IMG/VR virus record: IMGVR_UViG_3300028809_000018
Span: 1 to 55,873 of that record
Source: a virus
Lineage: Duplodnaviria > Caudoviricetes
Direction: 5' to 3' (one strand)
Length of the DNA stretch: 55,873 nt
In this document: positions 27,504-37,626 of the stretch, one piece after another
Position numbering within the stretch: the stretch's first letter is position 1
How the letters are laid out: every line of letters starts with the position of its first letter
Position numbers and translations under genes: made by a program
Notes under the pieces: generated by a model
What the model saw: the letters and a program-made list of their open reading frames with translations, nothing else
Databases searched by the model: none
What the model was told of the DNA's origin: nothing

Positions 27504-28418
27504 ATGCCGTCTTACTGCTTCAAGCCCATCCGGGTGCCTCGGGTCCGGGCCACGCTCCTGGACTCGTGTGGCGCGGTCGTGGAGAGTTCCTGCTCTTCGA
27601 TCACCACGTCGGGCATCGTCACCATCGAGCAGACCGCCGAACTTCAGGACCGGGACGAGTTCTACGAGAAGAACGCCGACGGAGAGTTCTGCGTTGAGGA
27701 CGACGTTCCGCCGATCCTCAAGTGGTACAACCTGACGATCACGTTCTGCGAGGTGGACCCGGAGATGGTCTACTTCATGAACCGCCAGACGCTGATCATG
27801 TCCGATGCGGAGACTCCGGTCGCGATCGGCAACGTGTCCCGGCAGGGCGACATCGCCAACGTCAACTTCGCCTTCGAGGCGTGGACCCGGCTGGCCAACC
27901 AGTCCGACTGCGCCGACGGCGTCAAGTACGGCTACATCCTCTGGCCCTGGGTTGTTGAGGGCACGATGGGCGACGTCACCTACCAGAACGGCACCGCCAA
28001 CTTCGTGGTCAATGCCCGCACCAAGCGGTACTCGCTCTGGGGCCAGGGGCCGTACGCGGTCTACGGCTCGGAGGCCGTCGCGACGCTGGGCGACCCGCTG
28101 CCCCTGCCGACCGCGGTTACGTCGCTCGACCACCGCCAGATGTTCGTCACCACCCTCGCGCCGCCCACCGCTGCGTGTGGCTGCACCGCCGTGGATCTGG
28201 TGCTAACGGCGCCGGTCATCGACGCGCTTGAGGTGACCTACACCCTGCCGGCGGGCACCGCGCCCGCCTACATCGATTGGGGCGACTCTTCCAACACCAC
28301 GGAGGCTGGCCCGACCGCGGTTCACACCTACGCGATGGCGGGGACGTACACCGTGTCGCTCTGGCCAACGGCCTACTCGTCCGCGCCGTACGTCGATGAG
28401 GTCACTGTCGCCCCGTAA
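27504..28418 (+). CDS. Major tail protein with a C-terminal PKD/Ig-like domain
   Basis: R.T.LD.CG, KNADG..C, FCEVDP; C-terminal IDWGD...HTY...GTYTV. Confidence 0.82.
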   Translation: MPSYCFKPIRVPRVRATLLDSCGAVVESSCSSITTSGIVTIEQTAELQDRDEFYEKNADGEFCVEDDVPPILKWYNLTITFCEVDPEMVYFMNRQTLIMSDAETPVAIGNVSRQGDIANVNFAFEAWTRLANQSDCADGVKYGYILWPWVVEGTMGDVTYQNGTANFVVNARTKRYSLWGQGPYAVYGSEAVATLGDPLPLPTAVTSLDHRQMFVTTLAPPTAACGCTAVDLVLTAPVIDALEVTYTLPAGTAPAYIDWGDSSNTTEAGPTAVHTYAMAGTYTVSLWPTAYSSAPYVDEVTVAP

Positions 28419-28429
28419 GGAGGGAATCC

Positions 28430-29248
28430 ATGGCTGAGGCCATCTCTCCTTGTGACTGGCAGCTTGAGGAGAGCATCTGCTGTCCTGATTGGTCGAGCTA
28501 CAGCGCCGAACTTCAAGCACAAGCCCAGCGGTGGGCCACATACGTCATGTGGTCCGCCACGGGGCGCCAGTTCAACGCCTGCGAGATCACCGTCTACCCG
28601 TGCGGTCGCGACTGCTCGGGCGACTGGTGGTGGAGCGGTGCCGGCGGCTGGTGGTGGAGCGATGGCGTCTTCGTTCCCTACATCTGGCAGGGCCAGTGGT
28701 ACAACGCGTGGTGTGGTTGCGGCGCCGGGCCAGGCTGCTACTCGTGCAAGCCGCGCTGCGCCGCATACCTGCCAGGGCCGGTCGCGGAAGTTGTTAGCGT
28801 AGAAGTTGACGGGTCAATTATTGATCCGAGCGAGTACCGCATCTACGACCAGCAGTGGTTGACGCGGGTCACCAACAGCGACACCGAGAGCGCCGAATGC
28901 TGGCCGATGTGCCAGGACTACAACCGCACCGAGCCCAAGTTCAAGGTGGTCTACGTCCGCGGCACGCCTATCCCGCAGGTGGTGCTCGACGCCGCGGCCG
29001 TCCTCGCGTGCGAGTACGCGAAGGCGTGCCTGGGTCAGGAGTGCATGCTCCCGAGCCGTGTCGTCAACGTGGCGCGGCAGGGCGTGACCGTGACGCTCCA
29101 GTCGATTGACGAGATCCTGCGCGACGGCTTCACGGGCGTCACCAGCGTGGACCAGATCATCGCCAAGGTGAACCCGAGCCGGCTCAAGGCGCGGACGCGG
29201 CTGTACTCCCCAGACGTGCAAGTCGATCGGATGATCACATGGCCATAG
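28430..29248 (+). CDS. Head-to-tail adaptor
   Basis: ATGRQF, LPGPV..V..V.VDG, LACE..K, C.LP.RV....RQGV. Confidence 0.78.
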   Translation: MAEAISPCDWQLEESICCPDWSSYSAELQAQAQRWATYVMWSATGRQFNACEITVYPCGRDCSGDWWWSGAGGWWWSDGVFVPYIWQGQWYNAWCGCGAGPGCYSCKPRCAAYLPGPVAEVVSVEVDGSIIDPSEYRIYDQQWLTRVTNSDTESAECWPMCQDYNRTEPKFKVVYVRGTPIPQVVLDAAAVLACEYAKACLGQECMLPSRVVNVARQGVTVTLQSIDEILRDGFTGVTSVDQIIAKVNPSRLKARTRLYSPDVQVDRMITWP

Positions 29249-29356
29249 ACGACGGTGAAGTAGTTGCTAGTGAAAATACTTCACTAGCAACAACTTGGGT
29301 GGTAACTGTTTCAGCATCCATCGAAGTCTCGCGAGACGAAGAAAAGGAGGACGACG

Positions 29357-29746
29357 ATGGCAGCCGGCCTGTCTGCGGTTAACCTCGCCAACGCGTGGCT
29401 GAACACGCTATCGGGCACCACGTTCACGGGCGTCAACACGTTCGTGAAGCTCCACACTGGCGACCCTGGCGCATCCGGCACGGCCAACGCGTCCGCCAAC
29501 ACCACCCGCGTCGCACTCACGTGGGGCGCCGCGGCGTCCGGCTCGAAGGCGATCGTTGCCACCCTGCCGGTCTGGAGCACGTGGGCCGCCGGCTCCGAGA
29601 CGCTCAGCTACATCAGCGTCTGGGACAACCTGACGGTTGGCAATTTCCTCTTCTCGGCCCAGCTCACCGTGGCCCGCAGCGTGGCCAACGGTGACAACGT
29701 CACGCTGTCCTCGCTGAGCTTCGCCCTGACGCCTATCGCCGCGTAA
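29357..29746 (+). CDS. Virion structural protein
   Basis: KLHTGDPG, WD..T.GNFL, V..GD motifs; strong RBS. Confidence 0.72.
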   Translation: MAAGLSAVNLANAWLNTLSGTTFTGVNTFVKLHTGDPGASGTANASANTTRVALTWGAAASGSKAIVATLPVWSTWAAGSETLSYISVWDNLTVGNFLFSAQLTVARSVANGDNVTLSSLSFALTPIAA

Positions 29747-29756
29747 GGGGTTCGTC

Positions 29757-30965
29757 ATGGCGACCTTCAACTGGTCCGCGCCAACCCAACCCAACAACTT
29801 CGACAGCACAACCGAGCTGAGTTTGGGCGTGAAGTTCACGTGCTCGGTGGCCGCGCAGTGCACGGGCGTCAACATCTGGATTCCGTCGACGCTGCCCTCC
29901 GGCCCCAGCCCGGCGTTCGTGTCGGTGTGGCCGGGCGCGGGCGGGGCGCCGCTGGCAGTCGGGCAGTTTGAGTGGTCCGACTTCGCGGGGATGGAGGGCA
30001 CGTTTCAGGACGTCCCCTTCACCGATCCAGCGTTCACGCTGTCGATCGGCGTGGAGTACATGGCGGTCGTCCAGACCTTCGAACGTTGGGGTGGCACGCC
30101 CTCGTATCCGTGGCCGGAGACTGTTGGCGCGCTGACGGCGGTCAGCGACAACGGCTGGGTACTGGTCGGCTACGGCTTCCCTAACACGGAGAGCGGCGCC
30201 AACTTTAACTTCAGTGTGTCCCCGATCGTCGAGGCGGGCGTCGGGGTCGACATCGCGGCTACGGTCGCGAGCAACGCGACCATCTCTGCCGCGGCCACAG
30301 TGGAGCATCCGCTCGCGGCGGCCCAGACGGGCACGGCCACCATCACCGCGGGCATGTCGTTGGACGAGTCGCTGGCCGCGGTCCGCTCGGCGGTCGCGAC
30401 CATCACGGCGACGATGAGCGTCACCACGAGCGGCATCGACACGCTTCTGCTTCCGGAGGCGGTCATGTTGCTCGACTGCCTCTGCACCGCGCTCCAGGCG
30501 TACGACAACCCGCCCGAGACGTGCTGCCTGCGCCCTGGCGACACCGTCATCCAGGACGTGGGCATTCCCGGCTTCAGCCAGGACGACTGCTGCCGCGGGC
30601 AGGCATATGTGAAGATCGCCGGCTACTACATGACGGGCGAGGGCAACTCCCCGTTCCCGTCGCCTTCGACCGATGCCCCGATTTCGCCCTGCGGAGTCCC
30701 CGCCTGGGGGCTCCAGCTCGAAATGGGGATCTTCCGCTGCATCCGCACCGACCGCCAGCCCACCTGCACCGAGTACACCGAGGCGGTCATTCGCCAGATG
30801 ACCGATGCGAAGGCGATGCGGTGCGCGCTGGACTGCTTCATCTCGCTGCACGACCCCCAGACGGTGGCGGTGGGCAACTGGTCGCCCGCCGGGCCGGACG
30901 GTGGCTGCGTAGGCTCAACCTGGCAGGTCAGTGTCGAGGTGCTGAATAGCTGCGAGGAGTGCTGA
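29757..30965 (+). CDS. Tail terminator/neck-like protein with an N-terminal DUF4082-like beta domain
   Basis: N-terminal ELSLGVKF...GV; C-terminal CCLRPG, DDCC.GQAYV, EMGIFRC, GP.GGC.G. Confidence 0.65.
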   Translation: MATFNWSAPTQPNNFDSTTELSLGVKFTCSVAAQCTGVNIWIPSTLPSGPSPAFVSVWPGAGGAPLAVGQFEWSDFAGMEGTFQDVPFTDPAFTLSIGVEYMAVVQTFERWGGTPSYPWPETVGALTAVSDNGWVLVGYGFPNTESGANFNFSVSPIVEAGVGVDIAATVASNATISAAATVEHPLAAAQTGTATITAGMSLDESLAAVRSAVATITATMSVTTSGIDTLLLPEAVMLLDCLCTALQAYDNPPETCCLRPGDTVIQDVGIPGFSQDDCCRGQAYVKIAGYYMTGEGNSPFPSPSTDAPISPCGVPAWGLQLEMGIFRCIRTDRQPTCTEYTEAVIRQMTDAKAMRCALDCFISLHDPQTVAVGNWSPAGPDGGCVGSTWQVSVEVLNSCEEC

Positions 30966-31264
30966 TGTACCTGGTTCGCATGAACGTCGCGTTTGATCTC
31001 TGGGATGCCGGCGACGTGGCAGTCGTTCCGCCGAAATTCCTGGAGCGGTTTGGGCAGTACGTGACTGTGCTGGAGGCGATGTATGGCGAGGGTGGAAATC
31101 TTCCAACCCAAGGCGGACTCGTACGCCCAGAAGTTGGCCCGCAAGCGGGTGAGCCTGCTGGTGAGGGCAGTCTCGATGGAGGCGAAGATCGCCTTGAGCC
31201 GGTACACGGGGAACACGATCAAGCCGGCGCCGACGGGGGCTCACCGGAGGTCGATCCGCAGTAG
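30965..31264 (+). CDS. Small hypothetical protein
   Basis: TGATG coupling, but overlaps the next gene by ~180 nt. Confidence 0.4.
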   Translation: MYLVRMNVAFDLWDAGDVAVVPPKFLERFGQYVTVLEAMYGEGGNLPTQGGLVRPEVGPQAGEPAGEGSLDGGEDRLEPVHGEHDQAGADGGSPEVDPQ

Positions 31265-31550
31265 CGTGTCCGCGACCGGGCGCTGGAAGATCGTCGGCTC
31301 GGTCGGCTCCAACCTGCCCACCGCGATGGTCGTGCACATCGGCGCCCGGCCCCACGTCATCGCACCGCGGCGGGTGGAGGGCATGAAGTTCTACTGGAAG
31401 GAGAAGGGCCGGTTCGTCTGCATCAAGGCCCCCGTCCAGCACCCTGGCATGCACGGCAAGTTCTACCTGACCGAACCGCTCAAGATCGAAGGCCGGCGCC
31501 TCGGCTTCCGGGTGGTCGTGGCGGCCTACACCGAGCGCCTGTGGCGTTAA
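31083..31550 (+). CDS. HK97 gp10-like tail completion protein
   Basis: APTG..RRSI, VH.G.RPH.I, V.HPG...FYLTEPL. Confidence 0.8.
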   Translation: MARVEIFQPKADSYAQKLARKRVSLLVRAVSMEAKIALSRYTGNTIKPAPTGAHRRSIRSSVSATGRWKIVGSVGSNLPTAMVVHIGARPHVIAPRRVEGMKFYWKEKGRFVCIKAPVQHPGMHGKFYLTEPLKIEGRRLGFRVVVAAYTERLWR

Positions 31551-31559
31551 GATCGCCGC

Positions 31560-31937
31560 ATGGCAGCACGTGGACGTACCCCTAAAGTTTCCGAGGCCAT
31601 CGAAGGCGAGGTCGTGGGGGCAGCCACGACCGAAGAGGTCGAGGTCGTTGATCGAACCATCGGCAAGCTCAAGCTCAAGATGCGCCGACCGACCGACGCT
31701 CAGATCGCGCTCCTGGGGCGCCTCGCGGTCGCGGCGCAGCGCGAGCCCGAGAAGTACTTCAGCCGCCTGGTCGACACCTTCTTCCGCATCGTGGAAAACC
31801 TCCTGGTCGACGCGGGGGATATCGCCGCGGTCGAAGGCGCCATCATCGAAGACAAGTTGACCATCGAAGACATCGTGACGGGCCTGGGAACGAAGGATGC
31901 CACCGCGCCCGCGGGCCGCGTCCGCCGCGCCCGCTGA
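31560..31937 (+). CDS. Tail assembly chaperone
   Basis: Position before the tape measure gene; RRPTDAQIALL. Confidence 0.7.
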   Translation: MAARGRTPKVSEAIEGEVVGAATTEEVEVVDRTIGKLKLKMRRPTDAQIALLGRLAVAAQREPEKYFSRLVDTFFRIVENLLVDAGDIAAVEGAIIEDKLTIEDIVTGLGTKDATAPAGRVRRAR

Positions 31938-32517
31938 GGCCGAGCCAACCCATGTCCCGCTCCCCGAGGTCGAGGCCGATCCGGACAGCTACCTCGGGCC
32001 GGCAGCGCTCGAAGTCGACTTCGCTGAGCAGACATGGCACGTCCCCGCCCTCACGGCCGCGGACTGGTTGGCGGTCCTGTGGGCCGACCCGTTCAACCCT
32101 GATTCGATCTTTCCAGGGCTTGTCGACGACATTGATCTTGATGATGTGATCACCGAGTTGATCTTCAGCGGCGAGCTGGACGGTGACGAAGTCTTCGACA
32201 CCGCCATGGAGATCCTCGAAGCGCACAGCGGCTACCGCTGGTGGTTCGCCCTGCGCCTATCCATCCTCACCAAGGCCGCGTGGGCGCGCATCGGGGGCGT
32301 GCTCGTGCTCTCGGGCGTGGACCCGCGGAGCGTCACCCTCGGGTCATGGCTGAGCGCTGTCCTGGCGATCATCGCGGAGCGCTCCGGGGGCGGCAAAGAG
32401 TTCGCCCAACTGCTCGACAAGCTCAACGAGGCGCCCGAAGGATACGGCCCGTCGCTGGAAGAGCAGATGGTGATGGATGAGGCCGCATTCCTGTCTGCCA
32501 TGAACGCTCCGTACTGA
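31897..32517 (+). CDS. Second tail assembly chaperone
   Basis: Overlaps the first chaperone in the +1 frame; PALTAADWL, GYRWW, GVDP motifs. Confidence 0.7.
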   Translation: MPPRPRAASAAPAEAEPTHVPLPEVEADPDSYLGPAALEVDFAEQTWHVPALTAADWLAVLWADPFNPDSIFPGLVDDIDLDDVITELIFSGELDGDEVFDTAMEILEAHSGYRWWFALRLSILTKAAWARIGGVLVLSGVDPRSVTLGSWLSAVLAIIAERSGGGKEFAQLLDKLNEAPEGYGPSLEEQMVMDEAAFLSAMNAPY

Positions 32518-32550
32518 TCGTTTTGCCGCCAAACGCCCTACCATGTGGAC

Positions 32551-34350
32551 ATGGCGGCTAATGTCCTGGGTCGGGCGTACATCGAGGTGCACGCCGACAC
32601 CAAGGCATTCGGACGCGAGCTTCTCCGCGAAACCCAGGCCATCGCCACCCTGGCCGAACGCGAGTCGGGCAACGCGGGCGAGCGGATCGGCAAGGGCCTC
32701 TCCGACGGCATCCAGCGCGAGACGCGACGGGCCGCCCCGAAGGTGGCTGGGACGCTGTACCGGGCGATCGGGCGCGACCTGTTCCGGGTGGGTCGCGGCG
32801 GGCGCCTGCTGCCCCAGCTTCAGGGCGTCCTAGTCGCGGAAGCCATCCAGGTCGGCGGGAAGGTCGGCAAGTCGTTCGCCGGCTCCTTCGCGTCCGGCGC
32901 CATCGACGGCTTCCAGGCGATCTTCAAGACGCTCGGCAACTTCGTCAGCTCGATTGGCTCCTCGGTCGGAAACGTGGGCTCGGGTGGCCCGTTCGCCGCC
33001 ATCCTGGGTGGTCTGATCCTGACCGGCATCCCGGCGATCATCGGCGCGATCATCGCCCTGGCGTCCGCGCTGTCGGGCCTGCTCAACGTCATCTACCTCG
33101 TGCCGGGCGCCCTGTCGGCGATCCTGGCCGCGATCATCCCGCTAGTTGTTGCCTTTCAGGGGTTTGGCGAAGCTATCGGTGCGCTCGCGTCCGGGGATGC
33201 GAAGAAGCTCAACGAAGCCCTCAAGAATCTCACCCCTTCCGCGCGAGCCGTGGTCCGCGACCTCCAGCCGTTGGTGAAGGTTTTCAGGGATATCCGGCGC
33301 TTCGCGCAGGAGGCATTCTTCAAGCCCCTCGTTGGCGTGTTCAAGGAGCTGAAGCCGTTCTTCAGCAACACAATCGCGGGCGGCTTCATGCAGGTGGCCG
33401 CCTCCGCGGGCGAATTCACCAAGCAGCTACTCATGCTTGCCCGCGACCCCGTTGTGACCATGTTCTTCGCCCAGACCTTCGAATTCGCGGCCAGCCTGTT
33501 CCGCACGCTCGGGCCGCCGGTTCTGGCGCTGATCAAGGCGCTGGCAACCCTTTCGCTCGCCACCTTCCCGACCCTCGACAAGCTCGCCAAGGGCTTCGGC
33601 AACATGCTGTTGAAGTTCGGCGCCTGGGTCGACAAGACAGTCAAGAATGGCGACTTCGAAGGCTTCATGGACAAGATGCTCCTCGCCTTCGACAACCTGG
33701 GGCGCCTCATCGATTCAGGCTGGGAGTTCATCAAGTCCCTGATCGGTGGCCCCCAGGAGCAGAAGGAGGCGCAGGACTTCTTCGACCAGCTCATCGATGC
33801 CATCGACTCCCTGACGGCGTTCTTCAAGTCGCCCGACGGAAAGGTCGCCCTCCAGGGAATGATCGACCTCGCGAAGATCTTCTTGACTGGCCTGCTCGCG
33901 ATCCTGGTCGGCGCACTGTCCATTGTGGGCGCCTTCGAGGCGATGGCCCAAGCGTTGCGCGAAGTCCTGCGCCTGCTCGGACTCGTGTCGAGCAACACGA
34001 ACCACATCGTGGCGTTGACCCCGGCACAGCTCAACCTGAACCGCGGCCAGCAGACCCTCGGGTCCGCGCCCGGTCACGCTGACGGCGGCGATTTCAACCG
34101 CGAACACCTCGCCTGGTTCGCGGAGGGCAACAAGCGCGAGTTGGTGCTGCCCATGACCAACCCGCAGCGGGTCCGGGAGATCGCCAGCCAGTCCGGCCTG
34201 ACGTCCATGCTGAACCAGGACATGACCGTCAACGTCTACGTCGGCGATGAGCAGGTGACCGCCCGCGTCGAGAAGGTTGCCAACGCGGCGTTCAAGCAGT
34301 TCGGTCGGTCCTACAAGTTCGGTCCGCGCTTCGTCGGAGTGGGTGGCTGA
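32551..34350 (+). CDS. Tape measure protein (short, ~600 aa)
   Basis: GRAYIEV.ADT N-terminus, Ala/Gly-rich amphipathic helices, L..L.PSAR, C-terminal HADGG...AE...E..LP. Confidence 0.85.
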   Translation: MAANVLGRAYIEVHADTKAFGRELLRETQAIATLAERESGNAGERIGKGLSDGIQRETRRAAPKVAGTLYRAIGRDLFRVGRGGRLLPQLQGVLVAEAIQVGGKVGKSFAGSFASGAIDGFQAIFKTLGNFVSSIGSSVGNVGSGGPFAAILGGLILTGIPAIIGAIIALASALSGLLNVIYLVPGALSAILAAIIPLVVAFQGFGEAIGALASGDAKKLNEALKNLTPSARAVVRDLQPLVKVFRDIRRFAQEAFFKPLVGVFKELKPFFSNTIAGGFMQVAASAGEFTKQLLMLARDPVVTMFFAQTFEFAASLFRTLGPPVLALIKALATLSLATFPTLDKLAKGFGNMLLKFGAWVDKTVKNGDFEGFMDKMLLAFDNLGRLIDSGWEFIKSLIGGPQEQKEAQDFFDQLIDAIDSLTAFFKSPDGKVALQGMIDLAKIFLTGLLAILVGALSIVGAFEAMAQALREVLRLLGLVSSNTNHIVALTPAQLNLNRGQQTLGSAPGHADGGDFNREHLAWFAEGNKRELVLPMTNPQRVREIASQSGLTSMLNQDMTVNVYVGDEQVTARVEKVANAAFKQFGRSYKFGPRFVGVGG

Positions 34351-35309
34351 TGCCCGATATCTCTGTCACCGCCCAAGACACCTACGGGCGCATCCTGATC
34401 ATCGCGTCCTGGGTGGACACACCATCGATCACCCACGGGCGCGTATTCCGGGTTGAGCCTGACGGCACTGAGACGTTGGTGCGCAACAACATCGCGGTCA
34501 ACGTGGACGGCTACATGGAGCTGTCCGGCGGCCTGATGTACGTGTACGACACCGAGGCGCCGATGAACACGGCCCTCACGTACCGCACCGAGGGCTACGA
34601 CGGGATTACGGGCGTCACCTCCAGCTCGGTCACGTGGACCGAGACGCGACCCTGGCTGAAGTCGCCCTTTCACCCCTGGCAGGACCGGGAACTGCTTCTG
34701 AGGGATGACCTCGGCACGCCCGCGTGCGCGGAGGGCGACAACATCTTCTTCTCCGCCATGGACGCCGAGGTGCGCCCCAACCGTTCGGCGCTGTTCCCGG
34801 TCGATCAGCGGAAGAACCCGATCCCCTCGTACCGCGTGCGTGGCGGCATCTCGTCCTCGCTGCGCCTCATCTCGCGCACCTTCACCGCTCGCGACTACAT
34901 CATCGAGATGAACGCGCCCGGCGACCCGCTGTTCTTCCAAGCGCCCGCGCTCTACGGCATCCCCGACCGCTACATGATGGTCGGCGACTACACGGTGGCG
35001 CGGCTGTCGCCCGACCACCGCCAAGAGTGGCGTGCCAACACGTTGCCGCACACCGAGATTGACGTCCCCGTGGGGCTCGCCGACGGCATCCTCGGCAACC
35101 GTTGGGCCGACATCTGTGACACCTACGAGACGTTCCTCGACGCGGAGAACGCCGGCATCACCTGGTCGATGATCCTGCTCGGCTACGCCGCCGACCCGCC
35201 CCTCGACACCGGATTCCGGCTCTACAGCGACATCCCGGTCGACTTCGCCACTTACGGCGACATCCCCACGGGCGGTCGCACCTACGAGGGCCTCATGGAG
35301 GGCAGCTAA
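34350..35309 (+). CDS. Minor tail protein (distal-tail-like)
   Basis: First gene after the tape measure; DTEAP, WLKSP..P. Confidence 0.75.
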   Translation: MPDISVTAQDTYGRILIIASWVDTPSITHGRVFRVEPDGTETLVRNNIAVNVDGYMELSGGLMYVYDTEAPMNTALTYRTEGYDGITGVTSSSVTWTETRPWLKSPFHPWQDRELLLRDDLGTPACAEGDNIFFSAMDAEVRPNRSALFPVDQRKNPIPSYRVRGGISSSLRLISRTFTARDYIIEMNAPGDPLFFQAPALYGIPDRYMMVGDYTVARLSPDHRQEWRANTLPHTEIDVPVGLADGILGNRWADICDTYETFLDAENAGITWSMILLGYAADPPLDTGFRLYSDIPVDFATYGDIPTGGRTYEGLMEGS

Positions 35310-36433
35310 TGCTCTCTGGAGGACTAGACCTCGCGTACCGCGACCTCATCGCCTACGGCGCCAACGTCTCGACCCGCATCGAGGTGTGGCGCCAGGGCGT
35401 GCGGATCGACACGTACGGCGACGAAGGGCTGCCCAAGTACGGCGGCGCCGTCCAAGCCACCCTGATGTCCCAGGTGGCCAGGCAGCTCTCCCTCTCCACC
35501 GATGGCACCCTCTTTCCCGACGATGAGGACGACCTGCTCGCGCCGTGGGGCAACGAGCTGCGCGTCTTCCATCTCGTGCGTGCGGGCGCGGGCGTGCCCT
35601 ACGAATTCCCCACCTTCCGCGGCCGGATCAACGACGTCCAGCTCAACGATGAGGGCGACCTCATGATCGACTGCCTCGACCGGGGCGCGGACGTCAACGA
35701 CTCGCAATTCTCCGTGCCCGAGAACGCGATCGCTGGCGCCACGGTCACGTCGGAGTTCCGCCGGCTCGTATCGCAGGGCGTGCTCGACGCAGAGTTCGGC
35801 ACCTTCGACTTCATCACCGAAATCACGCCCGTGCTCACCTGGGAGTGGGACCGCGGGTCCGCCTGCGACGACCTGGCCGCCGCGGGCAACGCCTTCTGGT
35901 ACGCCCTCGCCAACGGCGACTACGTGATGCGGTACGTCCCGTGGACGATAAACCAGACGCCGCTGCTCACCATGACCCAAGGCGAAGGCGGCTACCTCAC
36001 CACGGCGGTTCCGTCGCTCAGCCGCGAAAACGTCTACAACATCGTCACCGTCGTCGGTGAGCGCGCCGACGGCGGCGACCCGGTCTGGGCCGTCCTCGCC
36101 GACAACGACCCCGCCAGCAAGACCTATGTGGACGGTGGATTCGGCCGCAAGGGGAAGCTGATCAACCTCCAGACCGTCATCACTAGCGGCCAGGCACAGA
36201 TCCTCGCCCGCGCCGCGCTCCGGCAGGCGAAGTCGCTGTCCCGGTCCTGGAGCCTCACGCTTCCCATTGATCCCTCGATCGAACTGGGAGACTGCTTCTC
36301 GATCGTCGCGCGAGGGCTGGGACCTGATGTCCAAGTGGTCCACCAGTTCACCCTTCCCCTGCTCGGCGCGGAGGAGATGACGATGCAGACGCGAGCCCTA
36401 CAGCCCGTCGACGTTCAGGTGGAGGAGGTATGA
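35309..36433 (+). CDS. Minor tail (baseplate hub-like) protein
   Basis: LAPWGNEL, YN.V.V.GE, GGFG, P.IELGD motifs. Confidence 0.8.
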   Translation: MLSGGLDLAYRDLIAYGANVSTRIEVWRQGVRIDTYGDEGLPKYGGAVQATLMSQVARQLSLSTDGTLFPDDEDDLLAPWGNELRVFHLVRAGAGVPYEFPTFRGRINDVQLNDEGDLMIDCLDRGADVNDSQFSVPENAIAGATVTSEFRRLVSQGVLDAEFGTFDFITEITPVLTWEWDRGSACDDLAAAGNAFWYALANGDYVMRYVPWTINQTPLLTMTQGEGGYLTTAVPSLSRENVYNIVTVVGERADGGDPVWAVLADNDPASKTYVDGGFGRKGKLINLQTVITSGQAQILARAALRQAKSLSRSWSLTLPIDPSIELGDCFSIVARGLGPDVQVVHQFTLPLLGAEEMTMQTRALQPVDVQVEEV

Positions 36434-37056
36434 GCGCAGCCGGAGATCTCAAGTCGAATCAGCCGCCCGACACGGGCGTGCGAATGGGGCAGGTCGCGCT
36501 CGCAAGCGACGGCTCCGTCACCGTCACCGTCAACGGCGTGGTGGTCAACTGCGGGTTCATCAACCCCAACGCCTACGCCGACGGCGCCCCAGTGCTTCTC
36601 CTGCGCTACAAGAAGTCGTGGGTGGCCATGGGCACGGTGACCGATGCCGCGGCACCCACGTACATCGCGGAGGCGGCTGAGCTGACCGACTCGGCCTCCA
36701 TCACCACCACCGAGACAGTCATCGCCACCGTGACCGGCGCTCTGAAGACGGGGCGGCTCTACCATGTGTGGATCACCACCCACGTGGGCTCGGACTCCGC
36801 CGCGAACGGTGCCTCCATCCGCATCCGCGAAGATGCACTCGCCGGGACGGTGCTCAACCAGACCGACGGTGAGCTGACCGTCAACGTGGGCGGCGTTGGC
36901 ACGCCCTGGACGTTCCTGGGGCGCTACACCGCGGTCGCCGACGGCAGCAAGACGTTCGTGGGCACACTCCAGCGCGTTGCGGGCGCCGGCAACCTGCGCC
37001 GCGAGGCGTCAGCCAACCGTCCTACGATCATGTGGATCGAATATGTCTCGGGGTGA
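36430..37056 (+). CDS. Minor tail protein
   Basis: Coupled ORF; OB-like N-terminus and beta-rich C-terminus. Confidence 0.72.
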   Translation: MSAAGDLKSNQPPDTGVRMGQVALASDGSVTVTVNGVVVNCGFINPNAYADGAPVLLLRYKKSWVAMGTVTDAAAPTYIAEAAELTDSASITTTETVIATVTGALKTGRLYHVWITTHVGSDSAANGASIRIREDALAGTVLNQTDGELTVNVGGVGTPWTFLGRYTAVADGSKTFVGTLQRVAGAGNLRREASANRPTIMWIEYVSG

Positions 37057-37059
37057 CGC

Positions 37060-37626
37060 ATGGCTGATGTGACCAACCCATGGGAGATTCCGTACCCCGA
37101 GGGCACGGACATCCTTTGCGATGGCTACCTCTACATCCAGGGGATCGCCGAGCGCGTGGACGAGATCCTCGACGAGTTTGACGTGACGCTGGCCAACGCG
37201 ATCGTGCGCCCGCTCGCGCGCATCTCGACAACCACCTCGCAGACGGTGCAGCTCAACGGAAGCATCTCGTTCTCCACGGTGGACTTCGACACGGCGAACC
37301 TGGCTTCGCAGTACATCTTCGGCACCCTCACGGCGCCGGATCAGTCGATCTGTGTCTTCGGTCTGCACGGTGTCTGGGAGGCGACCCCAGCCTCGGCTGG
37401 TGCCCAGTACCAGAACCAGGTCCTGCTGCCCGACCGCTTCCAGGAGGCGTACTACACACAGGCTGACCGTTCGTCGGCTGCCCGCGGCGGCCACACCGAG
37501 ATGGACCAGAACACCGCGGCCGGACTGGACGTCCAGTCCGCGGCCGTGTTCTACAGCGGCCAGGCGGTGGCGCCTGTGGTTTCGAGCGCCATCTTCTGGA
37601 TTCTCAAGATCGGAGACGTCGTCTAA
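37060..37626 (+). CDS. Minor tail protein
   Basis: T...IPYP N-terminal motif shared with the next two genes. Confidence 0.72.
   Translation: MADVTNPWEIPYPEGTDILCDGYLYIQGIAERVDEILDEFDVTLANAIVRPLARISTTTSQTVQLNGSISFSTVDFDTANLASQYIFGTLTAPDQSICVFGLHGVWEATPASAGAQYQNQVLLPDRFQEAYYTQADRSSAARGGHTEMDQNTAAGLDVQSAAVFYSGQAVAPVVSSAIFWILKIGDVV

Noticed and set aside
31860-31940. Programmed -1 frameshift in the tail assembly chaperones
   Set aside because: The second ORF is in the +1 frame, has its own ATG at 31897, and no XXXYYYZ slippery site is evident; a +1 shift cannot be excluded.
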